Below, piece by piece: positions 37,199 to 50,685 of a DNA stretch of 53,359 nt. Under the pieces are notes generated by a model. It was not told where the DNA came from, made no database searches, and saw only the letters and a list, made by a program, of their open reading frames with translations. The stretch covers positions 1 through 53,359 of the forward strand of contig NW_021833897.1 of assembly GCF_006345805.1 (NCBI RefSeq). Direction: 5' to 3'. The translations under genes were made by a program, and so were the position numbers. The stretch's first letter is position 1, and the number at the start of each line of letters is the position of its first letter. Source of the DNA: Octopus sinensis (Eukaryota).

Positions 37199-37702
37199 TA
37201 TCACATAATTCGCTTATCTGGATCAGTTCTTCAAAGTTGATAACGGAGATCATCGTCTAGCCAGCCAGCCAGCTGGCGTTCGAAAATGAGTAGAGTATAA
37301 CTTAATAACACCGTACCATGCATTTGCTAATTGCTTTAGCTACCTATGTAAACGCGAGCAGACATGGACACGCTCGTAGCCTCCTCTGTCTTCTTCGTTC
37401 GATATTTCACAGCCGGTGAGTTTGCTGCACCAACATCCAATTTGCACGCATTGCAACTGAATAGATTGCAGTAATGTGACATAAAGTGCCATGCTCAAGG
37501 CTGCAACCCGCTGCCCGGCCCAGGAATCCTACCTGCGACCTTATAATCTTAAGCTGAACGCCCTAATCAGTAAGCCCCGTGCCGTCCAGAGAACGACTTA
37601 ACATTTTCATTTAAGTTATTAATTCTCCTTTTCATTTACTATTGTCCTCTTCCAGCCTCACTCTCTCTCTCTCTCATACATACATACGTACATACACGCA
37701 TA

Positions 37703-37738
<36 letters not shown>

Positions 37739-38019
37739 ACATTCATTAGATCCAGCAGGGCACAAAGCAAGACCTCTCAAAAGGACTGTTGAAACCAAAT
37801 AGGCCAACAGGTACCTATGCCCTTTAGCCATGGTGAGGGACCCTCCTGATTAAAACCTGGCAGGTCAAGCCAATAAAATACCTGAGCTTCAACTATTTGT
37901 AAACCCCAATTACCAACTCATTCAACTTTTTAGTATTCAAGCAATGAAAGGTGTAGAAACGATGAATCTCATTGTAATCTGTGTTCAAAGCCGGCTATGG
38001 TCCACGTACATATATATGG

Positions 38020-38220
38020 TCCACGTGTGAATCGCTGGCGATTTTTTTCCTCCGTCTTCCTTTTCTATTGGACTTCCCTCTGTTCCTGAAGAAGAGCTTT
38101 GCTCGAAACGTAAAACCACCTTTCTTTCCTTCCCTGGGCGTCTGCTAATACTTTACATGTACCACGCCCTCGCGTTGTTTTTTGTTTGTTTGTTCTTCGT
38201 TTTTGTTTTGGATTTACTAC
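38020..38220 (+). mobile_element. Family D1 repeat with minimal HHR motif at 38082-38116 (canonical CUGAAGA core)
   Basis: CUGAAGA-A-GAGC(uuu)GCUC-GAAA-CGUA; ends in (TA)n. Confidence 0.7.
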
Positions 38221-39399
38221 ATATATATATATATATAAAATTTTGAGCCTAAAAAAACAAAAAACAAAACAGTACAAGACTTCTGATAAAGGTACAAGAC
38301 TTCAAGGCTCAAAACGTTTCATACATTCCTCGTATATATATATATATATAAACACTGGATAATGTAGACAGAAATTGTACTATCGTAGTTTTACAATTTT
38401 AGAGCAAAGGTCTGTCTACTCGATCAGAACTGACTTAGAGACTAAAAAAATATTAAAAAATGAACCACAGCATCACAGACATGGACCAAGTAATTGATTT
38501 GGTACATTGAATTCTATGATATATTGACTCTTTAACTATCTAACAGCAGCCATAAGCATGAAATTAAAATAAAATAGAATGAATATAATAAAAAAATGAC
38601 GAAAAATAATAACACAGTAGCTTCAAGTTCTTCATTTTGCCGAAATTCTCTATCTTATCTTTGTAACGTTTGTCAGTCGAGACGCTTGACACCTGTCTTC
38701 TTCTTCATGCGTTGGCATTAAAGGAAAATACAGATAATTTTTTTCTTCTTCTGGTGGCCTAACTATAGATAAAGAGAAACTTGGAGGAGAATTATCAGAT
38801 TAGCAGATATCACTGCCAAGAATGTGTCACAAAAGAATAATTTAAAATTACCCCTGTACTGAACTATGCTAATAATGATTTTTAACTTAGGCATAAGGCC
38901 AAAGATTTGGGTGGGCGGGTGGGTCAATGGTATAAAAGATGTTCTTACAACTCGGGGGGTAGGGTACGGCAAAGACACTTCCTGTGCGTCCAACTTAACT
39001 ACCAAGCAGGGTAGGTCTGAGGAAATTTTGCGTCTCTTTACCAGTGCACCCGGAGGCATCTACCCCCTCGCTTCCCCGTCCGTTCTTGCTATGCCTTTAA
39101 GTGGAGAGGCAGCCGTTTAAATCGAATCCCATTACTTGGCTGGCATCTATTTTATCGACCACAGTGTAATAAAAAGGCTAAGTCCACCACGGCATCACGT
39201 CTAAAATCATTTTGCTAATAGTTCGAAGGATCAGGTACAGAGTTCTTCGCTTGCTTCAGCAACCCCGTAGGGGCCCGCCTCGTCAGGTCATATGTATGTA
39301 TGAAGATATATATATATATATATACATATATAAACAAAACAAAAAATGGAAGAAACGAAAGAGGCGACAAAACATCCGGACACTTATAACACACACAAC

Positions 39400-39520
39400 A
39401 CACATATATATTATATACATACATAATATATATCATACATATATATATATATGTATATATGTATGTATATTATATATATAATATATATATTATTATATAT
39501 ATTACATATATATATATATC

Positions 39521-39552
<32 letters not shown>

Positions 39553-39712
39553 GTATATACATAATATATATATATGGTATATACATTATATGTATATACA
39601 TATATATATATATATGTATATACATTATATATATATATATATATATAGTCTATATTATTATATATATATATATATATGATGATTTTGATTTTGATTTTGA
39701 TTTTGATTTTTC
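39400..39712. repeat. (TA)n-rich tract followed by (GATTTT)5
   Basis: Direct reading. Confidence 0.9.
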
Positions 39713-40268
39713 TAGTTTCAGCTAATGAGCTGTGGCCATGCTGGGGCAATGCATATATATATATATATAAGTAGTGCAGTCGATACATTCGACTAAAAAT
39801 TGAAGCCGGTGCCCCAACATGGCCGCAGACTGATGATTGAAGTAAAAGATAAATGATATATTGGTGCCCTTTTGCCATATGAATTCAACGTTACAACTTT
39901 GTGTGTGTGTGTGTGGGGGGGGGGTTTGGTGGGTAGGGAGTGAGTGGGGGAATAGAAGTTACGCGGTTCATACTTTTCTCAAGAATAATAATAACAGAAA
40001 TGTTTACAAACGTACGTTGAATCGGTGTATCAGATTCAGAGCGTCAGAATCTTATGATTAATGCTATACACCCCCGCTCCACCCACAGAAAACGCACGGC
40101 ATGCTCTTAACACACATACATACATATAAATATAAATATATAAATATATATATATATTATATATATATATAATTATATACATACATACATACATATACAT
40201 AACTACACACATACATACATGCATACATACATACATACATATATATATAATATTTATATATAATACAC

Positions 40269-40328
<60 letters not shown>

Positions 40329-40394
40329 GTATGTATGCATGTATGTATGTGTGTATGTATGTATAGTATGTATGTATGTTGTATGTTATAATAT

Positions 40395-40760
40395 AATATA
40401 TAAGAATGAATGTTTTTATATATAATGAACGTGAATACACGGAAGGGACGAACACGGAACACAGACAAATCATTCGAAGCCTTCAATCTTCAGTCAGACA
40501 CCGAATCATCATAGCAAATTTCGGCTGTTCAATTCTGATATTGCTCCAACTCGGCCAGCCCCAAGAAAAAAACTAAGCTGTAAGCATTAGATTTCTTGGT
40601 AGAAGACAGGAATGTGAACGACAAGACGGGATGTGAATACAAGAGACGAAAACGAAATTGAAAACAGTAATGAAAAAACAAAATATATATAACGGTGGTT
40701 GTCATACGACTTTAGACCAAATGAGACAAAACAACAACAACATAGCAGCTGGCGTAGAAA
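40395..40760 (-). mobile_element. PLE/retrozyme-like repeat, family E copy 2
   Basis: Homologous to 7975-8310; abuts TA-rich microsatellite. Confidence 0.6.
40478..40555 (-). ncRNA. Candidate non-circularly permuted hammerhead ribozyme (family E copy 2)
   Basis: Minus strand: GCCGAGUU-gg-AGCAAU-A-UCAGA-auugaac-AGCC-GAAA-UUuGCU-augau-GAUUCGGU-g-UCUGA-CUGAAGA-uugaa-GGCU. Confidence 0.55.
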
Positions 40761-40886
40761 TAATTACCGTTTCGGTAAATATATATGTATACATATATAT
40801 ACTCTCAGAGGGCCTGCAATGCCTATAGACCTTGTTCCCTCCTCATGACGATTCTAGAAAAAGGTCCAGAAAACACACACACACCC

Positions 40887-40993
<107 letters not shown>

Positions 40994-41022
40994 CGTGTGC
41001 ACGTGCGCATATATATTCATTT

Positions 41023-42163
41023 ATTCTTTTACTTGTTTCAGTCATTTGACCTCGGCCATGCTGGAGCCCCGCCTTAAAGGGTTTTAGTCGAAGAAATCGA
41101 CCCCAGGACTTATTCTTGGTAAGTCCTGTACCCATCCTATCGGTCTCTTTTGCCGAACCGCTATTTACGGGGACGTAAACACATCAACATCGGTTGTCAA
41201 GTGATGGGGGGTGGGGACAAACACAGACACAATGATACACTCACACATAAATACACACACACACACACACACACACCACACACACTATATATATATATAT
41301 ATATACACGACGGGCTAAATTCAGTTTCCATCTACCAAATCCACTTACGAGGCTTTGATCAGCCCGAGGCTATACTTATTTCTTATTTCTTTACTACCCA
41401 TGGATGAAAGGCAAAGTCGACCTCGGCGGAATTTGAACTCGAACGTAGCGGCAGACGAAATACCTATCTTACTACCCACAAGGGGCTAAACACAGAGGGG
41501 ACAAACAAGGACAGACAAAAACGGATTAAGTCGATTATATCGACCCCAGTGCGTAACTGGTACTTATTAATCGACCCCGAAAGGATGAAAGGCAAAGTCG
41601 ACCTCGGCGGATTTGAACTCAGAAAGTAGCGGCAGATGAAATACCTATTTCTTTACTACCCACAAGGGGCTAAACACAGAGGGGACAAACAAGGAACAGA
41701 CAAACGGATTAAGTCGATTATATCGAACCCCAGTGCGTAACTGGACTTATTTAATCGACCCCGAAAGGAGAAAGGCAAAGTCGACCTCGGCGGAATTTGA
41801 ACTCACGAACGTAGCGGCAGACGAAATACCTATTTCTTTACTACCCACAAGGGACTAAACACAGAGGGGACAAAACAGGACAGACAAACGGATTAAGTCG
41901 ATTATATCGACCCCAGTGCATAACTGGTACTTATTTAATCGACCCCGAAAGGATGAAAGGCAAAGTCGACCTCGGCGGAATTTGAACTCAGAACGTAGCG
42001 GCAGACGAAATACCGCTGAGCATTTCGCCCGGCGTGCTGACGATTCTGCCAGCTCGCTGCCCTCAGCCCGAGGCTATACTAGAAGACACTTGCCCAAGGT
42101 GTCACACAGTGGATCTGAACCCGGAACCATGTGGTTGGGAAGCAAGCTACTTACCACACAGCC
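41023..42163 (-). mobile_element. SINE family A interrupted by a SINE B multimer
   Basis: Both halves match family A. Confidence 0.85.
41377..42062 (-). mobile_element. SINE B tandem tetramer (one head, four body units, last unit partly deleted)
   Basis: 18-bp TSD TCAGCCCGAGGCTATACT at 41359-41376 and 42063-42080. Confidence 0.9.
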
Positions 42164-42199
42164 TCGACATAAGTCCTTTTTGTTTCTACCCTTTATCTT

Positions 42200-42505
42200 T
42201 TACTAGTTTTAGTACATTTTATACAGGCATTTTTTAGAAGGTTGGTACTTGTCCTCTTGGTCTCTTCTTACCGAAACGCTTAGTAACGGAAGTAAATAAA
42301 CCAACACCTGTTGCCAAGCAGTGGTGCGGGACAAATGCAGGCAAAAGGACACGCGCACGCGCACTATTATACGACGGGCTTCTTTCAGTTTCCGTCTACC
42401 AAATTCAGTGTGGTCGGCTCGGAGCTATAGTAGAGGGCACTTGCTCAAGGTGTCACGTAGTGGGTCTGAACCCGGAACCGTGTGGTAGGAAAGCAAACCC
42501 CTTGA
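42200..42505 (-). mobile_element. SINE family A (diverged)
   Basis: Homology. Confidence 0.7.
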
Positions 42506-42565
42506 CATAGAGCTATATACATACATATATACAAATATATATACATATATATGTATATGAATATG

Positions 42566-42685
42566 CACTAGCGTGCCTGGGGAGGGGAGGGCGTAGGGGC
42601 GGTCCGTCTGGGGGGCACTTTTAAAGGGGCACCACTTTTGGGTCTGCTGTTGGCAATATGTGTCTCTTGTGGGGTCCGGGGGCGG
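42566..42685. mobile_element. Truncated relative of the 11151-11273 MITE, opposite orientation
   Basis: Starts CACTAGCGTG; shares GTAGGGGCGGT and GGCAAT..TTGTGGGGTC segments. Confidence 0.6.
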
Positions 42686-42814
42686 TATATATATATATAT
42701 ATATACACCCCACATTACTGTATTGTTAAAACAGTATAGTTTTTTTTGGTGCATCTAAGTTAGGTACCATATTCAAGTAAATTCATTTAAATTAACTTGA
42801 ATCTTTATTGCTTT

Positions 42815-42817
42815 GTG

Positions 42818-42869
<52 letters not shown>

Positions 42870-43093
42870 CGCGTGTGTGTATCTATATACATGTACATAT
42901 GTGACATATGTTTGCATTTGTTTATATATATGTGCATGTATAAATACGTATACGTTCATACGCATATATATATATATATATATATATATACGCACAAACA
43001 CTCACACATATATATATGTATGTATGTCTGCCTCTTTGTCTACTTGTCTGTCTGTCTGTATGTATGTATGTATGTGTGATATATTATATATAT

Positions 43094-43142
<49 letters not shown>

Positions 43143-43361
43143 GCAACGGTTAATATGTTATATTATATACATACATACATACATAATACATATGATTGTG
43201 TATGAATAGACATGTATATATATGTAACATATATGTGTGTACGTGTTTATATATATATATATGTGCATGTATAAATACGTATATGTTTATATACATATCG
43301 TATATACCTGTATATATATATATATTATTATATATAATATATCTGTATGTGTGTATGTATG

Positions 43362-43403
<42 letters not shown>

Positions 43404-43503
43404 CATACATACACACATACAGATATATGTGTGTGTGTGTGTGTGTATGCGAAGATAAACATACATTATATATTACACACACACACACACGTATATATAT
43501 ATC
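42815..43503. repeat. (TA)n/(TG)n low-complexity tract
   Basis: Direct reading. Confidence 0.9.
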
Positions 43504-44422
43504 ATAAACATTGCCTCTGTCATAGAGTAAATAAAATTTCAGGTCTGTTGCTGTATATGCGAGGTCAGTGCATGTCAAGGTCATTTTTCTCTAAATCAAT
43601 TGGGAGTTAAAGCTAACCCCTACTTACCCCTCTTACAACGCACGGATATTTCTCTGCTGAACCTGTTCACCTTCTGGCTTCTTTTCAAGGCTTCATATCT
43701 TTAAATATTTTTCTTTTTTATAACAGCCCCTTGATTGACTCTATATAGAAAACAGGATCGTCTGCATAAAAGAATCCCATCGCCACCCAGTTTTAAGGTC
43801 GAAATATTTTCGAAAGGGTTTCAAAGACAAATATGGAAAGGAACAAAAAAAAAAAAAGAATGCATAAAGGGAAATAAAATGGGAATAAGAGACTGGTAGG
43901 GTACTAAGCAAATCCACTCTCTGCACTCCAACCAAACTGAACCTTAAATACCGCCTCGCCGAGTGTACCGCAAAATCCAGGACCTACATTTCAACCCCTT
44001 CCCCTAAGTTATATTCATATGATCTGAACAACTTTCATCCGCACCTAGTTTTTGAATGCCTCATGTGAGCACTTCTATAAATACTTATTTTGTAAATATT
44101 TCAGAAGTGAAACAATTCCCCGTTCGCAAGGTATTCTCGGTACTTTTGCATTCATATTTTGCGAGCGTAACAGAGCAAAGAGGTTAAACCAGCAACAACT
44201 GGTACGCTTTGTATTTTCGATTCATTTACGTTGAAATGTATTTTAGGAGAGGAATCAATGTTACAACATCCCATTCCAACGTTCTATGAGTACTTATTTG
44301 GTATTTATTAATACTGTCGTCCCTTCGGAGTTAACTTTCTTTTCATCACTCTCGTGACGATAAAATAAATATCAGTTACTGCGTTTCTTACTCGTCCCAG
44401 TACAATTATGGCCTTGTTCCGT

Positions 44423-44805
44423 GGAGGAGCAATGGCCCAGTGGTTAGGGCAGCGGACTCGCGGTCGTAGGATCGCGGTTTCGATTCCCAGACCGGACGTT
44501 GTGAGTGTTTATTGAGCGAAAACACCTAAAGCTCCACGAGGCTCCGACAGGGGATGGTGGTGATCCCTGCTGTACTTTCACCACAACTTTCTCTCACTCT
44601 TACTTCCTGTTTCTGTTGTACCTGTATTTCAAAGGGCCGGCCTTGTCACTCTCTGTGTCACGCTGAATATCCCCGAGAACTACGTTAAGGGTACACGTGT
44701 CTGTGGAGTGCTCAGCTACTTACACGTTAATTTCACGAGCAGGCTGTTCCGTTGATCGGATCAACCGGAACCCTCGTCGTCGTAACCGACGGAGTGCTTC
44801 CATCC
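44423..44805 (+). mobile_element. SINE family C, inserted in a decayed SINE B2 tail
   Basis: 13-bp TSD ATGGCCTTGTTCC at 44408-44420 and 44806-44818. Confidence 0.9.
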
Positions 44806-45232
44806 ATGGCCTTGTTCCAACGCAAGGAATCAATATTTAGTTCTTAGTACATTCTGGGCTCAAATCCCATCAGAGTCTACTTTTGTTTTCATCTCGAGTC
44901 GATATAACTCGAACTAATAATTCATTGGTATCCATGCAATCAACTATGCTGTCTCCCGTTCGAAGTATAATCCAAATAATTTGAACCAAAATTATTATGA
45001 GTCAATAAAGGTCTGCTCGAAATAGCTGTTAAATCTCCCTCATATCGTCTTACCGATGCATATATATAAAAGAAAGAACTTAGTAGTGTTGGCCAAGATA
45101 GAGAATCAGGGCCATCGTAGCAACATGATAGGCCGCTGGGCAATTCATTACGCCGGGCCTTAAAGTATTCATTTATTGACATTAATCCACAGCATACATA
45201 AATCAGAATTGGGCCTCTAGATCCGTGTAGAC

Positions 45233-45430
45233 CAGTGCTTTTCAAACATTTTTGAGTGGGACCCCAAGGAAACATTCCACTGGCTCGAGGAACCCCTGTG
45301 CAATAATTTAATAGTCTTATGCACACATATCTGCACAGGAGACTTAAAAATTACTGCCGATTTTAGCAGTTTTGTAACTTCTTGCGGAACCCCTGGACTG
45401 GACTGGCGGAACCCTGGTTGAAAACCACTG
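45233..45430. mobile_element. hAT (Charlie-like) MITE
   Basis: TIR CAGTG(C/G)TTTTCAA; perfect 8-bp TSD GTGTAGAC at 45225-45232 and 45431-45438. Confidence 0.85.
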
Positions 45431-46851
45431 GTGTAGACCGTAACATTCATTGAAAGCAAATACCGAAAAATTCTCTCCCATGAAAAATATAAAATGTTAA
45501 GAGTATCGTGTAGTTTACTTTTTATTTAAATGTTTTTTTAAATAAAGGGGTGGGTGGGTTACGGAAGGTTACTGATTTTCCTAAATGGATCACAATTGTT
45601 AAAAGCTGGTAATTGATGTTTTATATGATCGCTCGGTCTGTTAGCAACTGCAGCTAAAATTCTCTCAAATCCCACCTGCCGGTTGCTTTCGTAAATCTCG
45701 CGAGACCATCGACCAGCACCTGGTAAATTCTCTCCACTTCACAAACAATATTTTTTTATGGATAACTAGCAATTACCTTTCTGTGCAGATCTCCCTTCTC
45801 TAACGCAACCGATGTTGCGCACGACAAATCAATCTTATTGCAGGCGTTGTCCTCAGATCACATAAGTTAGATAATATACCGCAAAGCATCTTATACGATG
45901 CTCTAACAGTTCTATCAATCTAATCGTTCTGTGCCGATACTTTATTTATCGATCCCAAAAGTTGACTTAAGCAGTATTTGGATTTAAAGAGCGGAAAACT
46001 GGAACAAATACCATAAGATATTTTAGTCGATGCTTTGGCGACTTCAACAATTCACCGTCTTAATCACATCCTGCTATCTTAACGAAAAGAGTGAGCAGGC
46101 ATAATTGTTTAGAAAGTCGGAGAAAATGCCTTGTGCCATTTGTTTCGGCTTTTTACGTTCCGATTCCAAATCCAGCCGAGGTTAATCTTTAATTTTGCCT
46201 TTCATTCTTTCAAGCTCGATAAAATAAGAACCAACAAGCACTGGGATCAATGGTTTCGATTAATCCCCTCTCTCAAATTTTCTGGCCCATTATTTAAATC
46301 TGAAACCGTTATCTAAGCAAAAAGAAGATCATATCGAACAGTCACTGATGCACAAAAACAAACAAAGTTGGGATGGTCACAGGTGGAAAGCCTTTGTTTA
46401 TAGGTTTGATCCAGGGTTAAACCATAAGATTTTTGTCATTTCATTGCTCGAATTAGTTCTAGAACAAATAATGGCATTTTCTTTTTTCCCCAAATCCCCT
46501 TTATTTAGCCAATGGGAACTTTTCGAATCAAATCTGTTGGCACTATTAATTCCTTTTGTTTAGATTTACCTTTCCTTCATCATTTTCATTAACTTGATAC
46601 TAGTGAAAAATAAGTTGTCAAAGCAGAAATTATATGATTTGTGGGTGGTGCTTTAAAAGGATTTCAGCAATTTTGGCAACAAGATCTCACCCCTAATCCG
46701 AGGCTAATCCTCTTTCAAATATGAGGGTCTCTCAACGATATACTTACATTTAACTATGTACGTACGCTGCATATATGAACGCAGGGAAGTATACGCTTGA
46801 AATTTCTTTGTCATCTAATGATTGTTCACTCAAATGACTAGCGACCTAAAT

Positions 46852-47050
46852 ATTGGTTTCAAATTTTGGCAGAATGCTAGCAACTTCAAGGGAGGGGTTA
46901 AGTCGATTACAACGATCCCAGTGCTCAACTGGTACTTATTTTATCAAACCCGAAAGGATGAAAGGCAAAGTCGACCTCGGTGGAACTTGGGTTCAAAATG
47001 TAAAGACGGACGAAATGCAGCTAAGCATTTTGTCCGGCGCAGTAACATTA
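46852..47050 (-). mobile_element. SINE B2
   Basis: Homology. Confidence 0.8.
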
Positions 47051-47146
47051 CTCCTAAGCTTACAAAGGAACCTCTACTCAGTCACCTAGCTTTTTAGAAA
47101 TACCAGCTAAATCTCCCTCAAATAACATTGTACCGGCTTTAAAATC

Positions 47147-48647
47147 TGTAGCGTACACTCGAGTGAAATTCCTCTCTCCCCTTTATTATATATACGTGCA
47201 TTCGAACGTAGCAGGTAACAGCTAGCCTTTGGCCGCTATTTGAACCCCGTTGTGTCCACTACTCTGATTGGCTGGTATTGGCGCTATATGTCTCTTACTC
47301 TGTCGCGTCATTCTTCAGCGTATAACAAATCGGAACTTCTAAATAGAATCGTGAGACAACCTGTTCTCAATCCAGTTTTGAGCCTACAGCTCCTTATAAA
47401 AAGCCAGCTTCTCGTTTCGACGTCTTTGGTTCCAGACCTTTAAAAGCCTAGCCACTGACCACACAAGACACAGCCAGTTCCAACGATGACACTACAGCAG
47501 CCACGTTGAGACTTACCAACTCCGTCCAACAGCATTACGGCAATCTCTTTCTTCGTCACCACCATCATCTTCTTAACATCGTCAATATCATCGCTCTACG
47601 TACACAGCTCAATAAGCAACTCGCCTAGGTTTCACTTCCACTGTTCGTGAATTACTTCACCATGGATCAACAGCAAATATACAACCAGCGAGAACTCCTG
47701 CACCAAGTGACCCAGGCAGCAGCATTACAGCCACAACTTCACGTACGACATGTACGGCAACCGGCTCAGCATCATGGCTGCAACTTCTTGATAAAGTATT
47801 TCAAAAACTACCGAGTACGATTGACTACGAATTGGTGTTCTCATTTCTTATGTCTCTCTTTTACTCTTTACTCTTTTACTTGTTTCAGGCATTTGACTGC
47901 GACCATGCTGGAGCACCACCTTTAGTCAAGTAAATCGACCCCGGGACTTATTCTTTGTAAGCCCAGTACTTATTCTATCGGTCGCTTTTGCCGAACCGCT
48001 AAGTGACGTAAACAGACCAGCATCGGTTGTCAAGCAATGCTAGGGGGACAAACACAGACACACAAACACACACACACACACACATATATATACATATATA
48101 CGACAGGCTTCTTTCAGTTTCCGCCTACCAAATCCACTCACAAGGCTTTGGTCGGCCCGGGGCTATAGCAGAAGACACTTGCCCAAGATGCCACGCAGTG
48201 GGACTGAATCCACAACCATGTGGTTGGTTAGCAAGCTACTTACCACACAGCCATTCCTGCGCCTGTCTATGAACATTCTTCTAACTTCTCATTATAGACT
48301 CCTTCTCTGTTGTCTGCATTGCTATTCTTATATGTACTTAATACACATGCATACATCCATGCATATACACACATACATTTTGTTCTCATGACGGCCTGTC
48401 TAATATTCTGTGTACATGACGCACACACAGACACACGCTAACATATCAATAAATCTTCTCTTAAACATTCTACTCAGTTGTGTCTCTCTCTCTCTTTCCC
48501 TCTGGCCCATATATGCATTATTCCTATTATATTTATTTATCGACTGTGTGATGTACTAAAGAGCCATTCTCGTTATCTCGCGTCGCCCGGTCGTTACGAG
48601 CCTAAAGAAAACGAGTTGAGATTGGAAATATCTTTGTAATTTCCACA
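47147..48647 (+). mobile_element. Possible solo LTR (~1.1 kb after removing the SINE A)
   Basis: TGTAGCG...TTCCACA termini, ATTGG box, TATAAAA at ~47395, AATAAA at ~48448; no clean TSD. Confidence 0.3.
47855..48263 (-). mobile_element. SINE family A
   Basis: Full-length homology. Confidence 0.9.
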
Positions 48648-48944
48648 ACTTCGTGAAGGTGCTGAGAGATTTGACTTAATCATCGCCACCACAGTTTTGG
48701 AATGGCAACTACGAATGTCCACTCGATCAGTGGTTCTCAGACTGACGAATACCAGCCACTACCTCGCCTCTAAATATTAGAGGATATAATTTACCACTCC
48801 TCTTTATCATTTATTAGAAGTCAAAATAGAGTTTACATCCGTATTCTTCTTTCTTTTGGACCAGTTTAAAAAATTCTAAGCTGCCATGTTCTTAAGCAAT
48901 CTCAAGTTGTCTCTCCATTTTTCAATAATCACAGCTTTCTCCAC

Positions 48945-49160
48945 CCATGTGTGTGTGTGTGCACCCCACCACCACTTGACAACCAGTGTTGGTGCGTTTA
49001 CATCCCTGAAACTTAGCGGTTCGGCAAAACAGACCGATAGTATAAGTACCAGGCTCAAAAAATAAGTGCTGGGTTCGATTCATTTAACTAAAAATTCTTC
49101 AAGTCCGTGCCCCAGCGTGGCCACAATCTAATGACTGAAACAAGTAAAAGATAAAAAATA
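48945..49160 (+). mobile_element. SINE family A, 3' half
   Basis: Homology. Confidence 0.75.
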
Positions 49161-49261
49161 GAGATAAAATATATTTCGTCATTTATTTATGGCAAAAGAC
49201 GATTCGAGGTTTCGATTCCAGATTAGAATCATTTCACTTCACATCATTTCACTTATTTCTT

Positions 49262-49499
49262 TTATTTCTTTTACTTATTTCAGTCATTTGACTGCGGCCA
49301 TGCTAGAGCACCGCCTTTAGTCGAACAAATCGACCCCAGGACTTATTCTTTGTAAGCCTAGTACTTATTCTGTCCGTCTCTTTTGCCGAGTCGCTAAGTA
49401 ACGGGGGACGTAAAAATTGCATGCATTTGTGTGTCTGTCTTTGCCAACACTCTACCCCACCATCGATTGGCAACTGATGTTAGTGTGTTTACGTCCCCG

Positions 49500-49537
<38 letters not shown>

Positions 49538-49729
49538 AGAGCGGAGGCTCGAAACGTAAAAGACTTTCTCATTTCCCGAGCGTTAAACTAATACATCTAT
49601 TTGTTGTTTACACACCCGTCTTCGCCTTTTGTTTTTTTTTTCTGAATTCTCTCTCTCTCTCTCGTCTCTCTCTCTCTCTCTCACACACACACCCACACCC
49701 TATATATTATATTGATAAAGTATATATTA

Positions 49730-49768
<39 letters not shown>

Positions 49769-49965
49769 ATATATTATATATATATATAATATATTATATA
49801 TACGACGGCTTCTTTCAGTTTCCGTCTACCAGATCCACTCACAAGGCTTTGGCCGGCCTGAAAGTTATAGTAGAAGACTCTTGCTCAAGGTGTCATGCAG
49901 TGGGACTGAACCTGGAACCATGTGGTTGGGAAGCAAGCTTCTTACCACACAGCCACTCCTGCGCC
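49262..49965 (-). mobile_element. SINE family A, rearranged, containing a family D fragment (49537-49650, +)
   Basis: Tail at 49262-49415, head at 49800-49965; AAGAGCGGAGGCTCGAAACGTAAAAGAC in between. Confidence 0.7.
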
Positions 49966-50137
49966 CATAGTTAACTTATAGTCAGATTTCAAATGTTAAG
50001 AATTTATCTAGTTAGACTTTCTTTGATATTTCTAAGGGCATTTGCACCGAAGTAAGAGAAACCCAGCTGATTAATTATTACAAAGTTGTCATGGTTACTG
50101 AAGTGGGGGAGGAGGAGGAAACCGATGATGATGATGG

Positions 50138-50182
<45 letters not shown>

Positions 50183-50394
50183 CGATGATGATGATGATGA
50201 TGAAAACCAAATACGGTGAAAATTAGGAGGGGAATTAGGATGAAACGGAGGGGGAAGAAGGGATGGTAAAGAAGAAGAAAAGGGAAGTTAAGACTGAAGA
50301 AAAAGAAGAAGAAGAAGGAGGAGGAGGAGGAAAGGAGGAGCAGGGGACAACAACAAGAGCAACAGCAACAACAACAATAACAATAACAATGGTA

Positions 50395-50580
50395 AGCGTT
50401 TCAAATTTTTTGGGAGGGGGTTTAGTTGATTACTTCGACTCAGTACTCGACTGGTACTTTATTTTGTCAACCTCGAAAGGATGAAAGGCGTACTCGACTT
50501 CGGTGGAATTTGAACTCAGGACGTAGAAGAGACCCGGAAGATTTGCCGTGAAGCATTTTGTCCGACGCGCCAGCGATTCG
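50395..50580 (-). mobile_element. SINE B2
   Basis: Homology. Confidence 0.7.
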
Positions 50581-50685
50581 AAGATGAAGATGAAAGTGAA
50601 GGTGAAGATGAAGATGATGACAGTGGTGAGATAAAAATGGGTGAAAAAAGAAAATAAGACGCAAAAGTTAAAGAATATGAATAAG

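Noticed and set aside
38272-38320. Hammerhead-like CTGATAAAGG...CTCAAAACGTT with a 12-bp direct repeat
   Set aside because: Both core halves are mutated and stems are not supported.
41377-42062. CRISPR-like or satellite array
   Set aside because: No unique spacers; units are SINE B bodies within one TSD; eukaryotic context.
47647-47925. Gln-rich ORF (MDQQQIYNQRELL...)
   Set aside because: Short, runs into a SINE, no recognisable domain; lies in the candidate LTR.
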